The notes under the pieces: generated by a model
What the model saw: only the letters and a program-made list of their open reading frames with translations
The model's database searches: none
What the model was told of the DNA's origin: nothing
Program-made: the position numbers and the translations under genes
Assembly: GCA_963816145.1 (NCBI GenBank)
Contig: CAWFJP010000015.1
Coordinates: forward strand, 165,940 to 229,939
DNA length: 64,000 nt
From: an uncultured delta proteobacterium
GTDB taxonomy: Bacteria > Desulfobacterota > Binatia > UBA9968
Reading direction: 5' to 3'
Shown here: in pieces, positions 50,394-63,249 of the stretch
Layout of the letters: the number at the start of each line of letters is the position of its first letter
Position numbering within the stretch: position 1 is the first letter of the stretch

Positions 50394-50680
50394 CAACTTA
50401 CCGTCCTTTGGAGCGTTGCTGGAGTTGGGCCGATGACGTTCTGCTTGCTCCGCCCAACGTTTTGGATTTTCTTGCGTGCCATGGCGGCCGCATCGGAATG
50501 GGGGACCACCTCGTCGGCCCGTTGCCAGGACGCGATGGCCTCGACCACTCGGCCCTGCTGGTACAGCGCATGGCCCAGATAGGTGTGCGCCCACGGATAG
50601 TGGTCATCGCTCATGGTAGCGGGGCGAAACTTGTCTTCGGCGGCCTCGTAGTCGTGGGCATGTTATAGGACTTTCGCCCG
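50393..50680 (-). CDS. Small TPR protein (frameshifted)
   Basis: AHTYLGHALYQQGRVVEAIASW. Confidence 0.55.
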
Positions 50681-51294
50681 CTCTCGACGAGATGTTCCGC
50701 GTCCTTTCGACCGCCCGGACTTGGTCGCTTCCGCAAGACGTTTCTTCAACTTCCGCGTATCTTTGGTGACGCCCGCCCACGCCTCTCCCGCACTCTCCTG
50801 ACGTGTCACCACGTTTCGGATGTGCTCGAAGATCCTTTTCGCATACGACTTGGCATTTGATACGAGACTTTTTCCCATTCGGTCTCCCCCGGGAGTTTAA
50901 TTCCCACTATTCTACCATATACCTACAAACTACGCAAACTACGCACTCTGTGCGCGAACGCTATGTGCGCGCACAGAGTGCGCCCACTCAATGTGATTCA
51001 GGACATAACCAATTTTGGGTGCAGTTCTCTTACGTCCACATCCCCGGGCGACGTGGAGGAAAACATGACGGAATCAGGATGACGAGCTCGAGCCAGTCTC
51101 AGCGGAGACGTGGTCTGTCCTTATTTTGCGGCCTGCTGCAATCGTGACGACCTTCTTGGTTTCGCACACGATAGGCCGATACACTCAGCCAAATTGTCGG
51201 TCGTCTTGGCGGTAGTAAGAGAACAGCAGCCCCGATTTTGCCACTGAGGAGACCCGTAAGGTACCATGGGGCCTCTATCGAGGGAGATTTGAGC

Positions 51295-52502
51295 ATGAAA
51301 GCTGTCATTATGGCCGCGGGCAAGTCAACCCGCACGTATCCGCTGACCCTGACCAAACCCAAGCCGCTTCTCAAAGTGGCTAACAAACCCATCCTGGCGC
51401 ATCAATTGGATGCTCTCGAGGGGGTCGTTGGCGAGGTTATTGGTCCGTTGTCGGATACCTCAAGGAAATGATCGGAACACACTTCGGGTCGCGCTACAAC
51501 GGGATTGCGCTCCAGTACGTCGAACAAACCGAACAATTGGGGACCGGCCACGCGGTCCTGCAGTGCGCGAAGCACATCGAGGCTCCCTTTCTGGTGATGA
51601 ACGGCGACGACTTGTACGACCCCGCCGACCTCAGGAAGCTGGCCCAGGCCCCCTGGCCCGCCGCCCTGGTAAAGGGAAGTGTCGGACCCGCGCGCGTTCG
51701 CCATTTACGAGGTAACCGCTGACAACCGCGTGGTGCGTCTGGTGGAAAAGCCCACCGAGATCTTCTCGCACCTGTCCAACGTGGGCGTGTACCGGTTCAC
51801 CCCCGAGGTCTTTGATGTCCTGGCCCACACGCCCAAATCGGTCCGCGGCGAAATCGAAATCACGAGCGCCATCGAGACGCTCGCCAGTCGTTCCGAATTC
51901 CGCGTTATCGAGATGGCCGGGTACTGGCTTCCGATCGGGTACTCCTGGCACCTGCTCGACGCCAATCGTAGTGATGCTGAAGACCGCCTTGACCCCGGCC
52001 ATTCACGGGGAAGTCAGCCCCGCCGCCCATCTCAGCGGGCCCGTGTACGTGGGCAAAGGGAGCGTCATCCGGCCCGGCGTCGTCATCGACGGCCCGGTGT
52101 ACATCGGCGAGAACTGCCAGATCGGACCCAACTGCTGGCTCCGCCCATACACCACCATCGGAGACGGTTGCCGCATCGGCCAGGCTGTCGAGGTGAAAGC
52201 CAGCATCTTCATGGACGGCGTCAACGCGTGCCACTTGTCCTATATCGGCGACAGCGTAATCGGCGACCATGCCAACCTCGGCTGCGGCACCATCACCGCC
52301 AACGTCCGCCACGACGGCTCCACCGACCGCTCGCTGGTTGGCGAAAAGACGATCTGGTTGACACAGGCCGCAGAAAAGTTCGGCGCCATCGTCGGCGACC
52401 ACGCCCACACCGGCATCCACACCTGCATCTATCCGCCGCAAACTATGGCCCCACACCAGCACCCGCCCCGGCGCCATCGTGGACCGGGACATCACGGAAT
52501 AG
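51295..52502 (+). CDS. GlmU-like bifunctional sugar-1-phosphate nucleotidylyltransferase/acetyltransferase, frameshifted
   Basis: MKAVIMAAGKSTRTYPLT..KPKPL, EQLGTGHA, VEKP, RGEIEIT, hexapeptide repeats, HLSYIGDS. Confidence 0.85.
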
Positions 52503-52509
52503 TTCGTCG

Positions 52510-52580
52510 ACCACGAAACACACGAACGACACGAAAACAGCTCAGTGTATTTCTTTCGTGTCTTTCGACTATTTCGTGGT
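52510..52580. repeat. Inverted 9-bp-period CACGAA repeat hairpin
   Basis: ACCACGAAACACACGAACGACACGAAA ... TTTCGTGTCTTTCGACTATTTCGTGGT. Confidence 0.75.
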
Positions 52581-52907
52581 TTGCAAAATTCCGGAACAGG
52601 GACCTTCAGGTTGTGCTTGAGAACTGATGGGGACATCCTGTAGCATTTCCGTGGCAAAGGTGAAGAGGTCATGATTCCTAAGAGATTAAACATAGAACGC
52701 TTGTGGTGGTGGAGCCCGTAGGGCTGCCACTGTAGCGTTGTTCTTTGTTGGTCGTGGTGAGCCCGAGTTCGCCACGGCCTTTTCTTTGTGCCGCGGCGAT
52801 GCTCGTCGCGGTTTTGTTTTTGTGTGGGCCAGGAGCAGCAAGAAACTGCGATTGGACACAAAATGGGCCTGATTCGGTCGCTGATGTTGCCTAGCATGGG
52901 GTGCTAC

Positions 52908-54044
52908 TCAGGGCGATGAGCCCTCATTGCGGCGAGGCAGGCGCACTGCGAACACGGTTTCTGCCTTGTCGGAACGCACGTCGACCTCGCCCCCATGCGC
53001 CCGGGCAACTTCGCGCACGATATACAGTCCGAGCCCGAGGCCGCTGTCGGTATTCTGGCTGTCCGGTTGCGCAGGGCCTCGCTTGAGTGGATCAAAGATC
53101 TGGTCCAACGCCGATCGCTCGATGGCCGGCCCGCTGTTCGTGACCTCCAAGCGAACGTCGGCCTCTTCGCCGGTAAGCACCACACGGACCGGCGCGTCTG
53201 GCGCCCCGTACTTGATCGCGTTCGAAACGAGGTTGCGGAGCAGTTGCTGCAGGCGCAGGCCGTCCCATGGGCCCCGAGTGTCGCCTACCACCTCCAGCTC
53301 GAGCCGGCGGGCTGGATGCGCTCCACGCAGTTGTTCTAGCTCATCAGCAAACACTGCCGCCAAGTCAACATCGGCCAATGCAATATTGATACCCAAGCCC
53401 AATTGAGTTCGATTGAAATCAACTAAGTCGTCCAGCAGCGCTTTCATGCAAGCTCCGCTGCGGATTAGTCGGGACGCTGCTTCCGATACCTCCGTCCCGG
53501 CGTTCAACGCCGCCAAGTACGAGGCTGTCATCTGAATCGCGTTTAGCGGGTTGCGCATGTCATGACCCAGCATCCCGAGCAACAAGTTGCGCGCCCGGTC
53601 CACTTGTTCGCTAAAAAATCCGATCGATTCGGCGAGCGCTTGGTCGATGGCCTCATTGAAGCGGATGAGATCCTCCAGATTAAGTTCATTGGGCTGACAC
53701 GCTTCGGTCCATAGGCGAAGGACGCTGGCGCGCAGAGCGCGGTACTCGGCGGCCAGCTGGCTGATGTCGAATCCGCTTCGCGCCCGCAGAACCGCGTGCG
53801 TTTGTGCTGCTGTCTCCGGGGCTTCCATCAATTTCGGGGCTCTCCCCAGGGATTTGTCGGCCTGAGCTTGCTTCGTCTGCGAGGTTGACAAATCTTTCGC
53901 CACAGCCTCCAGAATTTGTTTCGCGTGATCGCGCAAGGCCAGTGGGGTCATGCTCGCCGCAGCCGGGAATAGGGTGGAAGCAAACGCCTCCCATTCCACC
54001 AGGATACTTTCCATGTCACGCAAGATGAAGTCGGCCAGTCGCAT
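52908..54044 (-). CDS. Sensor histidine kinase with RsbRD-like N-terminal domain
   Basis: MRLADFI...WEAFA, GHDMRNPL, NLVSNAIKYG, GLGLGLYI. Confidence 0.9.
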   Translation of the reverse strand: MRLADFILRDMESILVEWEAFASTLFPAAASMTPLALRDHAKQILEAVAKDLSTSQTKQAQADKSLGRAPKLMEAPETAAQTHAVLRARSGFDISQLAAEYRALRASVLRLWTEACQPNELNLEDLIRFNEAIDQALAESIGFFSEQVDRARNLLLGMLGHDMRNPLNAIQMTASYLAALNAGTEVSEAASRLIRSGACMKALLDDLVDFNRTQLGLGINIALADVDLAAVFADELEQLRGAHPARRLELEVVGDTRGPWDGLRLQQLLRNLVSNAIKYGAPDAPVRVVLTGEEADVRLEVTNSGPAIERSALDQIFDPLKRGPAQPDSQNTDSGLGLGLYIVREVARAHGGEVDVRSDKAETVFAVRLPRRNEGSSP

Positions 54045-54409
54045 GTCTCTCCCTGTTAATCGGATAGGCTGTGCGCGTCAAGATGTTGGCGCGGATGGTG
54101 GGTGCCGAACGACCCCGAGCTCAGCGACTGCCTCGAAGTGCGCTCATAGCCCAAAAGGTTCTCATGCGGGCTTGGCGCAGCGGAAGACGGAATGATTTGC
54201 GAGCACCTCAGGCGCTATCATGAGCATGGTTACAAAGGCATAATCGCGCAGGTGGGCGGCATCCGTCCCAAGGATGCGACCTAAGATCAGCTTTGGCGTG
54301 ACCCGACGCATTGTCCCCGAACTTTTTGACGCTCTCGGCTTTGGCATGCGCAACGCTTTCATCGTGCAGAATTGACTCGTGAAACCAAACACCTTGTAGT
54401 TCAGGCACA

Positions 54410-56869
54410 ATGTCCTCAGTGTTTCAATCCTCGCTCGAAAAGTCCGTTACCGGACTTAAAGGTCTAATCCTAAACAGCCTGAAATTCAGGTTGGCCCGCG
54501 ATACTTCGACCGCATCGAAGCGCGACTGGTGGCTGGCCACGTCCAAAGCGGTTCAGAGCATCGTTGTCGAACGCATGATTGCCACCGCCACCGTTAATAA
54601 CGATAAGAACGCCAAGCGGGTCTATTATCTCTCCTTGGAATTCCTCATGGGGCGGCTCTTTTCCAACAGTCTCCACAACGCGGGAGTCATCCACAATATG
54701 GTGCATGCCCTCGAGGAACTGGGTCTGGACTACGAGGGACTCCGAGAGGAGGAGTACGACATGGGGCTGGGCAATGGCGGTCTTGGCCGTCTCGCGGCGT
54801 GCTTCCTCGACTCGTTGGCGACGCTCGATTTACCAGCCATCGGCTACGGAATCCATTACCAATACGGACTCTTCAAGCAGAAATTCCTTAATGGCTATCA
54901 GGTCGAACTGCCGGACGCATGGATGCAATACGGAACGCCTTGGGAAATCGTCCGGCCGGAGCAGACCACGGAAATTCAAGTTTATGGTTACGTCGAGAAC
55001 ATCTTCGACGACAGGGGCAACTACGTCCCGCGCTGGATGGGCTGGAGAAAATTGCTCGGCGTTCCCTATGACATTCCAGTCCCCGGCTACGGAACCGAAA
55101 CCGTCAACTTCCTGCGCCTCTGGGAATCGCGGGCGTCGGAGGAATTCGACTTTGAGGCCTTCAACCGCGGCGGTTACGAGGAAGCCGTTCGCGAAAAGAA
55201 TCACAGTGAAACCATTTCGAAAGTTCTTTACCCGAATGACAAGACCGAGAGCGGAAAAGAGCTTCGCCTGCTCCAGCAGTATTTTTTCGTTGCCTGTTCG
55301 CTCAAGGACATCATCCGTCGCTTTCGCAGGACGAACGATGACTGGGAAGACTTCCCGGAGAAGGTCGCCATCCAGCTCAACGACACGCACCCAGCCATCG
55401 CAGTGGTCGAGCTTCAGCGCATTCTGCATGATGAATACGGAATTGCCTGGGAAAAGGCCTGGTCAATTGTCATCCGCACCTTTGCATACACCAATCACAC
55501 CCTCCTGCCGGAAGCTCTGGAAAAATGGAGTGTGGGAATCTTCCAGAAGGTCGTGCCGCGTCACCTGCAGATCATTTTCGAGATCAACGAGCGCTTCATG
55601 GAGGAAGTGGAAGCGAAGTGGCCGGGAGACACGGAGAAGAAGCAGATCCTGTCCCTGATAGAAGAAGGCTCTCCGCAGATGGTACGAATGGCGCATCTTT
55701 CGGTCGTTGGCGGCCATTCGGTCAATGGAGTGGCCGCGCTGCATACCAAGCTTCTCAAAAAGGATCTCTTCCCCGAATTCGACGCTCTCTATCCGGGCAA
55801 ATTTAACAACAAGACTAACGGAATTACTCCGCGACGCTGGCTCTTGGCCTGCAATCCTCGCCTCAGCGGGCTAATTACTTCAAAAATCGGTCATGGCTGG
55901 GAACGTGATCTCGACAAGCTTCGCACTCTTGAAGAGTTCGCGGACGATTCGCAATTCCAGATAGATTTCATGAACATCAAGCACGCGAACAAGGTCGATC
56001 TGGCAAGTATCATCAAAAGAGACTGCGGCGTCGCGGTAAATCCCACCGCACTTTTCGATGTGCAAATCAAACGTCTGCACGAATACAAACGTCAGCACCT
56101 TAACCTCCTGCACATCCTCGCGCTTTACCGCCGCCTATTACAAAACCCGGATCTCGAAATCACGCCGCGAGTCTTCGTCTTTGCCGCCAAGGCCGCGCCC
56201 GGATACGACATGGCCAAGTGTATCATCAAGGCTATCAACGCGGTGGGCAACTGTATCAACAACGACAAGCGCATTGAGGACAGGATAAAAGTCGTTTTCC
56301 TTCCGAACTATCGCGTCTCTCTCGCCCAACGCATTGTGCCCGCAGCCGACCTCTCCGAACAAATTTCCACGGCGGGCAAGGAGGCCTCAGGCACCGGCAA
56401 CATGAAACTCGCTCTCAATGGAGCCGTGACGATTGGCACGCTGGACGGTGCAAACGTCGAGATCAAGGAGGAGGTCGGTGAGGACAACATCTTCATCTTC
56501 GGAATGACCGTCGAAAAAGTCGCCGAACTGTTTAAGAAAGGTTACGACCCGCAGGAATACTTAAAAAAGAATGAGGAATTGCGCGCCGTCGTGGACTGGG
56601 TGGGGTCGAACTACTTCACTCCCGACGAGCCGCCCGGCGTCCTGACAATGCTCCGCGACAACCTTTACTATAGCGATCCGTTCCTCTGCTTGCCGGACTT
56701 CGAGTCTTACAGCGAGTGCCAGAAAAAAGTGGACGCCGCCTTCCGTGAGAAATCGCGCTGGTCGAAAATGGCCATTCTAAACACCGCTCGAATGGGAAAA
56801 TTCTCAAGCGACCGCACCATTAAGGAATACGCGCGCGATATCTGGAAGGTCGAGCCGGTCCGTATTTGA
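54410..56869 (+). CDS. glgP: Glycogen/starch phosphorylase
   Basis: [42 protein letters not shown]. Confidence 0.97.
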   Translation: MSSVFQSSLEKSVTGLKGLILNSLKFRLARDTSTASKRDWWLATSKAVQSIVVERMIATATVNNDKNAKRVYYLSLEFLMGRLFSNSLHNAGVIHNMVHALEELGLDYEGLREEEYDMGLGNGGLGRLAACFLDSLATLDLPAIGYGIHYQYGLFKQKFLNGYQVELPDAWMQYGTPWEIVRPEQTTEIQVYGYVENIFDDRGNYVPRWMGWRKLLGVPYDIPVPGYGTETVNFLRLWESRASEEFDFEAFNRGGYEEAVREKNHSETISKVLYPNDKTESGKELRLLQQYFFVACSLKDIIRRFRRTNDDWEDFPEKVAIQLNDTHPAIAVVELQRILHDEYGIAWEKAWSIVIRTFAYTNHTLLPEALEKWSVGIFQKVVPRHLQIIFEINERFMEEVEAKWPGDTEKKQILSLIEEGSPQMVRMAHLSVVGGHSVNGVAALHTKLLKKDLFPEFDALYPGKFNNKTNGITPRRWLLACNPRLSGLITSKIGHGWERDLDKLRTLEEFADDSQFQIDFMNIKHANKVDLASIIKRDCGVAVNPTALFDVQIKRLHEYKRQHLNLLHILALYRRLLQNPDLEITPRVFVFAAKAAPGYDMAKCIIKAINAVGNCINNDKRIEDRIKVVFLPNYRVSLAQRIVPAADLSEQISTAGKEASGTGNMKLALNGAVTIGTLDGANVEIKEEVGEDNIFIFGMTVEKVAELFKKGYDPQEYLKKNEELRAVVDWVGSNYFTPDEPPGVLTMLRDNLYYSDPFLCLPDFESYSECQKKVDAAFREKSRWSKMAILNTARMGKFSSDRTIKEYARDIWKVEPVRI

Positions 56870-57684
56870 GGGGACGGTGGTCTCCCTTTGGGGCACCCCG
56901 GTGACGTTCCAATATTTTCCATTCCACGGATAACACACACGTTGATTCCCCTTTCGAAGAAACCTTCGGAGGGATCCCCGCCTACCGGCGAATTAGCGAA
57001 CACCGATCCAGAATCGAGGTGCATAGCGTTCCCGTGCCACACCCAACATCCAGGCAGCGCCGCCCGGCGGGAACGTCCAGCCAGGAGAGGAACAGCGGTG
57101 CGACCTAGCGACTCCGGCGGCCGATATATTCCTCGTAAGGATCACCTCGCTTCCAGGTGTCCGATGGCTGCTTCGGTGGAATTATTTTCTGTGAAGATGA
57201 AACGTAGCTGTCTTTCGTTCAATCGATAGCAGCAGACTACGCCCACCTTTCAACGCCCGAACTCCTGGCGGTGGAGTGGTGAACAACAATGCCGCAAGCA
57301 AGATAATTAGCCGTCAGCGAGTGCAGTTGTTAGGGAAACGCAGAAAACCGCCGCTTCGCGAACGACAGCCTGGCTTGCAGGAAGACATCGCGGGATGGGC
57401 AAGGCTCCTGTTTTTCCTGAGTTAGCCGGAAAGGCAATCGCGGGCGGCGGAGGCTTGTGTGTTCAGTTTCGTGAATGAGCTACAGTACCGCATTGCAAGG
57501 CAATTCTCGCTGGGATGTCTCCAGGCTAGCCTTGATTTGCTCAAGGGCAAAGAGAATCCCCACAGATGCTTAAATCGTCGACAGAGACAAGGATCCGAAC
57601 GGCCGGAAGGCGGCCGAGGTTCGATTAATTCGCGTCTATTGGAATCATTCCCAGTTTCAAAACAACAACAAACATAAACAGAAT

Positions 57685-58176
57685 ATGGAACTTAATACCC
57701 TCAAAGACCTTTACGTTCACGAGCTAAAGGACCTCTACAGCGCAGAGAAACAAATCATTGCAGCTCTGCCCAAAATGGTCAAAGCGGCGAGCAATGAGCA
57801 GCTCGCGGCCGGTTTCAAAGAGCATCTTGAACAAACCAAAGAACATGCAGTTCGTTTGGAGAAGATTCTCAGCAGCCATGATCAAGCGACGCGAGGCCCC
57901 AAGTGTAAAGGCATGGAAGGCGTGCTTAAGGAAGGGGCGGAGATGATAGAGGAGGAAGCGGACGATGAAGTGCGTGACGCCGGCCTGATTGCCGCCGCCC
58001 AACGTGTCGAGCATTACGAAATGGCTGGTTACGGGTGTGCTCGAACCTACGCCCAATTGCTGGGCGATAACGAAGGGGCGCAACTACTTCAGACGACATT
58101 TACCGAAGAGTCTGATACCGACAGAAAGCTCACCAAGCTCGCAACTTCCGTGATCAACGTCGCGGCGGCGAAATAG
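57685..58176 (+). CDS. Ferritin-like YciF/DUF892 protein
   Basis: LKDLYSAEKQI, CKGMEG, AQRVEHYE. Confidence 0.92.
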   Translation: MELNTLKDLYVHELKDLYSAEKQIIAALPKMVKAASNEQLAAGFKEHLEQTKEHAVRLEKILSSHDQATRGPKCKGMEGVLKEGAEMIEEEADDEVRDAGLIAAAQRVEHYEMAGYGCARTYAQLLGDNEGAQLLQTTFTEESDTDRKLTKLATSVINVAAAK

Positions 58177-58621
58177 GGCTCTTGGCACGCTGTATATCGC
58201 CATATCAAACTCATGTTCGAAGACGGCCGACGGCATTACGGTGATTGAATCCCCAGCGCTCAAGGAGTTTCAAGTATTGAGTTGCTGTGCCAAAGGCAGC
58301 GGAGACCACATCGGACCAGGCCCGAGGTAAACCAAAGGAAAAATATTATATGCCATGATTTATCCAGCTGCGAGGCGCGCCAACGGCAAGGTCGAGTGCG
58401 GCGAGCGCCAAAGGGATGAGCAGATCTCGCGTGCAAAATAATTGTGGCGATGACGACCACCATGAGCAGGACGTTCGTAGTCCCGACAAGCCTTTGGCCT
58501 ACGTTTTATTCGGCCGCGTCCCCTAGCTTGCGGATTGACAATGATGTCCGGGTCACGAGTTGGATTCTTTTAAAAAATGGGCATGAGCGGATTGCCTCGC
58601 CCTAGCTTCTCCAATCCCTGA

Positions 58622-60564
58622 TCAACTATTGACGGTAGTGCCGACTGGCGCTTCGGATGAATGGTATTTCGCCTGGCTAATGTCCAGGTCATGCGGGAGT
58701 TTGCGAGCCCAGGCGCGCTCCTCAGCGTCCGCGGAGAGCTGGAGGACGGCATCATTTAGGGTAGTCACAACCTTGTTCGCCCCGGAATCGCGCAGACGCT
58801 GCGCCGCCTGGGTGATGTTTTCAGTAGCGCCCCACAGGCCCACGACGATCTTGAGATTCGGAAGTTGTGCGCGCAGTTTCCCGCAGAGATAGCGCGCGTG
58901 GATGACCGTGGAGGGCGCGACGACAGAGATGCAAACGGCATCCCCGTCAGCTTCACCGACCATTTTGACCAATTCACCGGCTGCTAATTCCGCCGATGCG
59001 TTCTGCGCCTGGAAGCCTTGTTGCTCAAGCAAGCGCGCAAGCATGGTTCCCGCGATTTCATCCCGGTCCGCCCGCGCCGGCAGGCAACAGACACGGCGAG
59101 CTGGAACTAGAGCGGGCGGCGGCGAACCCTCAGTCTCCCTTTTGTCCTCGATAGGACTGGATTCAGGAGCCGGGCCCGTCCCGACGTCTTCGATGATGTC
59201 GCGGATGCCCTGCTCGACGAAATCTCGCTGTTCATTGTCCAGCGACCCTCGCTGGTGATCGGTCTCAGCGGCTGTAATGACGGGGATGAGCACAGCATCG
59301 TAAAGCGCAGTCAGCGAATTTGCCTTCAGGTAGGTGTCGGTTAGCTCGCTTGCTTCATTCAAGCCAACCGTGAGCAGTCGATGGTAACACTCTTCTGCAC
59401 GGGAGAGCGCCTCCTCATCACTGAGCATGACGCTCAGAAAGGCGAGCTGTGGGACGTGCCGCCCCATGACGACCAGACATACGGTGAGCGGCGTTGCAAG
59501 CAGGAGTCCAATCGCTCCCCACAACCAGGTCCAAAAGACCGCGGCGACCACGAGCGCGATCGAAGAAACCCCGTGCTTGAGCCATAAAGCCAGGGCTCAA
59601 TCATGTTGCTGCAAATCAATTCAAGCAAAACGAAAAGCCCTAGCGTGATCAGGGGCATCATCCAGCTCGGCGAGACCGCGAGGGAAAGGATAACGGGGAA
59701 TGCCGCTGCAATCCACGGGCCAATATAGGGAATGAAGCGCAGCGCAGTGGCGAAAGCCCCCCAAAGGATTGCATTTGGCACGCCGATGAAGAAAAGACCG
59801 ATGGCCACGGCCGTGCCGTAGATCACATTGACCACGAACTGCATGAGCAGGTAGCGCGAGACGCGCTGGTTTGCATCGTCCATCGCGCGAGTGGTGACAC
59901 TGATGTTTCCCTGACCGATGAGCCGGATGAGTCGGCTGCGGAGATCTTCGCGCTTTAGGAGCATAAAAATGACGAGTAGAACGACGAGCCCGGTAGTGCC
60001 CAGCGGCCCTAGGAGCGGCGAAATTATGACCTGCAAAAGCTGCAGGGGATTCGCCTTTGAAGTCTCGACGACTTGCACCGGTAGCTTAGGGGATGCTTTG
60101 GCCGGCAGGGCAACGGCGGTAGCCGGTTTTCCCGAGCTCTCGGAAACTGTCGGCTCATCGGAACCGCGGAGATCCTTCTTTAGTTCCTCCACCGTTTCGG
60201 AGAGGCGCTTAAACACGCCGCCGCTTGGCAATTGGAAGGAACAGATTTTGGTTTCGATGTTGACCTTGTAGTCTGGGAGCCTCGCCGCGAGATCCACGAG
60301 TTGCCGAGTGAGCACCCAACCAGCCATCGCAATTACGCTGAAGATCATCGCCGCCACCAGCAGGACTGCGGCTATGCGCCCCATCCAACGTTCGAGCCTG
60401 CTGACCAGCGGCGCCAACAGAAAGGTTAAAAGGGCAGCAAGGGCCAGGGGAATGAGCAGATCGCGTGCAAAATAGAGTATGGCCACGACGAATGCCGTGA
60501 GTAGGACGTTTCTTATGCTGACAAGGGCGGAGGCGGCGTCACTTTTTGTTTTTGGTGGCTTCAT
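58622..60564 (-). CDS. AI-2E family transporter with C-terminal soluble domain, frameshift near 59570
   Basis: IPLALAALLTFLL, REDLRSRLIRL, LRFIPYIGPW, FWTWLWG. Confidence 0.88.
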
Positions 60565-60985
60565 CGAGAAAGGGGTATGCATCTAAAACATCGCATAAAG
60601 ATGTTCGCTTCAATCTTACGCCCCAGGTTCTTAGTTCGTTCCGAGATGAAGGCGAGCTCTTCCAACCGGAGTCGTAGCTCAGATTTAAGGATGAACCCGC
60701 AGAACGTCAGTTATAAGCGTCTCATCTACGGGGGTCATGCCAAACCCAGCCAGGACCCCATATTTTCCATTAGTCTACCACGTCACCCGAGGGGGCGACA
60801 CCTCAGCTAAGCAAAATGCCCTTGTGATCTTTAACACTGTTGTTGATAACTGCGTGTCGTCGGCATATCGGCTCTAACAAATATTAAGAAAGCAAGCGCA
60901 GGTCACTCCTTGGTTCAATATTCCGTGCGAACTCTCACACGCGAAAAACTTTGAGCATGTTGATGGATAAGCTGGGAGGCCGTTT

Positions 60986-62083
60986 TTATCCCTCGTCCGA
61001 TTTTTTCTGTACGCTGCCTTTTCGATCCTGCTTGCCGCCTTCGGCAGCGGACGAGGCTTCTGCCTTCAGTTGCTCTACGGTTAGTTTCTCATCTTTTGCC
61101 GCCGTTCCTACCTCTTCCTTGGCCTTCTGAACTACCTCTCCGACTTTTCCGGCGAATTCGGATATTCTCTCACCCACTGTTTCTGGCGTGAGGCCCTGCT
61201 CGCGGCTTCTTCCACCGCGCTCTCGGTGACGCGTTGCGCGACTGCCTTGCCGCGTTGGAGCAGTTCTTCGCCTTTTGCTTTGGTCGCCTTGACCAGTTGA
61301 TCTGAATGCTCGCCCAGCAGCTCGTCCTCCCGACGGGTGCCTGGAAGAAGCACACCAATTAAGGCCCCCAAAGCAGCGAAACCGATCCCACGGCGAGAGG
61401 ATATTCCTCCATGGCGTTCTCCACCTGTTCCGCGCTTGAGTGGTATCCACTCTCGATGTTGCGGCCAACCTTCGTCGCAGTCGAGCGGCCTTCTTGATAC
61501 ACATCTTGTGCGCCTCGACCGAGGTCCTCCGGCAGTCTGGTTTGCCGCCTCACCCAAAGCAGCCACCTTCTCCTTAGCGCTCCCTGCAACTTCGGAAACT
61601 GCTTCTTTTGCTTCTCCGAGTTTGTTTTTCGCGTTCTCAGCCAAGCCGCCCGTGCCCGATCGCCGATCTCCTTTTGCTCTTCCAAGTATTCGTCGGGGTA
61701 GAGGAAGGCGTGCCGCCGCTCTCGAGCGCGTCCCTTTATACGGAGAATGATCCCCAGCGATCGATCCCGTTTCCTCGTCATCGTTGGTGGCGGCCTCAGT
61801 GATCATCCAAACCACACCAGCCCCGACAACAGAGATGGGAGTGGGATTCTCCTTGACACGCCGACGCGACGGTCTCGTAAGCGTCCCTTGCCGCACTGCG
61901 ACTGCGAGCGTCTGCGTCTCGCGATTCCCACCAGTCCAGGGCGGAGTTTAACAGTGAGCGCGCCGTCATGCGATCGCTTAGCTCATCGAGGGTCGCGTCC
62001 ATTCGACCACGTGTCTGGCGGATGTCAGATTCAATTTCGGTTGAAGAGCGAGGCTCTTGATCGTGGAGGTCTTCGTTTGTCAT
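60986..62083 (-). CDS. DUF3618 domain protein, frameshifted
   Basis: EIESDIRQTRGRMDATLDEL; ENPTP; LLPGTRREDELLG. Confidence 0.7.
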
Positions 62084-62499
62084 GGACTTTGCTCTGGACC
62101 CATTCTTTGTCTTCTTTGAGGGTCTCGGCGGTTTTGGTTGGAGTAAGGGTTCTTTTTTCAGCGTGTCCAGGGCCTTGACAATCAGGACTGGCGCCAATCA
62201 TGCCGACTACGGCCCCGACAATGAGAAAACCGAGCAGAGTCGCACTGGCCTCGTTCATACCTCCCAATATGAACAGCTCCCGAAGCAGTAAGCTAATGCC
62301 CTGAAGGATTAGGATCAGGGCGGCATAGGCAACAAGCGCCCCGGCGGCAAGGTAGCCGACGTTGCGGGAGGTGGTGGCAATTTTCTCGCTGATCTCTGTT
62401 TTCGCGAGCGAGATCTCATCGCGGACCAGAGCGGTCGTATCGTCTCTGAGCTTTTTGAGGAGATAGACGATGCTGGATTCCTCGTCTATTCATGGCATC
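62080..62499 (-). CDS. Phage holin-like (DUF1469) membrane protein, frameshifted
   Basis: LLKKLRDDTTALVRDEISLAKTEI...TKTAETLKEDKEW. Confidence 0.7.
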
Positions 62500-62506
62500 G
62501 AAGAGT

Positions 62507-63144
62507 TTAAAACGTCGACGGTGACGTCGGCTGGAGGCCAAAGCCTGGTTGAGGGGCGGCAAGGCTGCACCGGCGAGGTGGGATTCGCTCGCACGATGTC
62601 TTCGGCCCGGACGCGGTCGTTTTCCGGGATGCCTTAAAGAATCTCGCCGCGGCTAAACCCACGACAAAAAGACCTCCGAATACCACCTCGGGTCTGCGGC
62701 GCGCATATGATTCTAGATCATCGAGAACGTCAGCGGGCTGTTTTTCGCGCAGGTAGCCGGACATTCGTTCGAGTTGGTCGACCGCCTTTTGGGCTGGACC
62801 TGCGAGCACATTGCCTTCCTCGCTACGGAGCTTTTCACAAGCCGCACGCATCGCCTCCGGTGTATTGGTCCACCTTCTGAGCAAGATTTTCCTTTTGCTC
62901 GATGGATAAAGTCGCGCCCAGCCTCCTGAGCCTGTCGAGTCGCGGATTGCGCAACCGTCTTAATTTCCTCGACTGCTGCGCCTCCCTGCTCCTGAGCTGC
63001 GCTCTTTAGCGTTTCAATTTTGGTTTTTGCAGTTTGGGCGGCCTCCTTCGCCATTTGTTGCGAACCGCTGCCAGACGGCCGTGGCGTACCTGAAGGGGTT
63101 TCGGGTGTAGTTATACCGGGTGGCGAAATTTTCTCCTCGTTCAT
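62507..63144 (-). CDS. Hypothetical membrane-anchored protein, frameshifted
   Basis: LESYARRRPEVVFGGLFVVGLAAARFFKAS. Confidence 0.6.
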
Positions 63145-63249
63145 GGCGTCTCTGGTTTCAGTTCTGGCTACCGCCTCTATGGCTGGGTGCAACAGTGAAA
63201 CGGATCAATAGCCTCGACGGCCGCATATTCCATATGGATGAAGTGATAT

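Noticed and set aside
50937-50992. Hairpin CGCACTCTGTGCGCG / CGCGCACAGAGTGCG as an ncRNA
   Set aside because: Single intergenic palindrome with no family resemblance or second copy
47859-63144. Programmed frameshifting or mass pseudogenisation
   Set aside because: Scattered single-base indels in otherwise intact genes are better explained by sequencing error; cannot be resolved without reads
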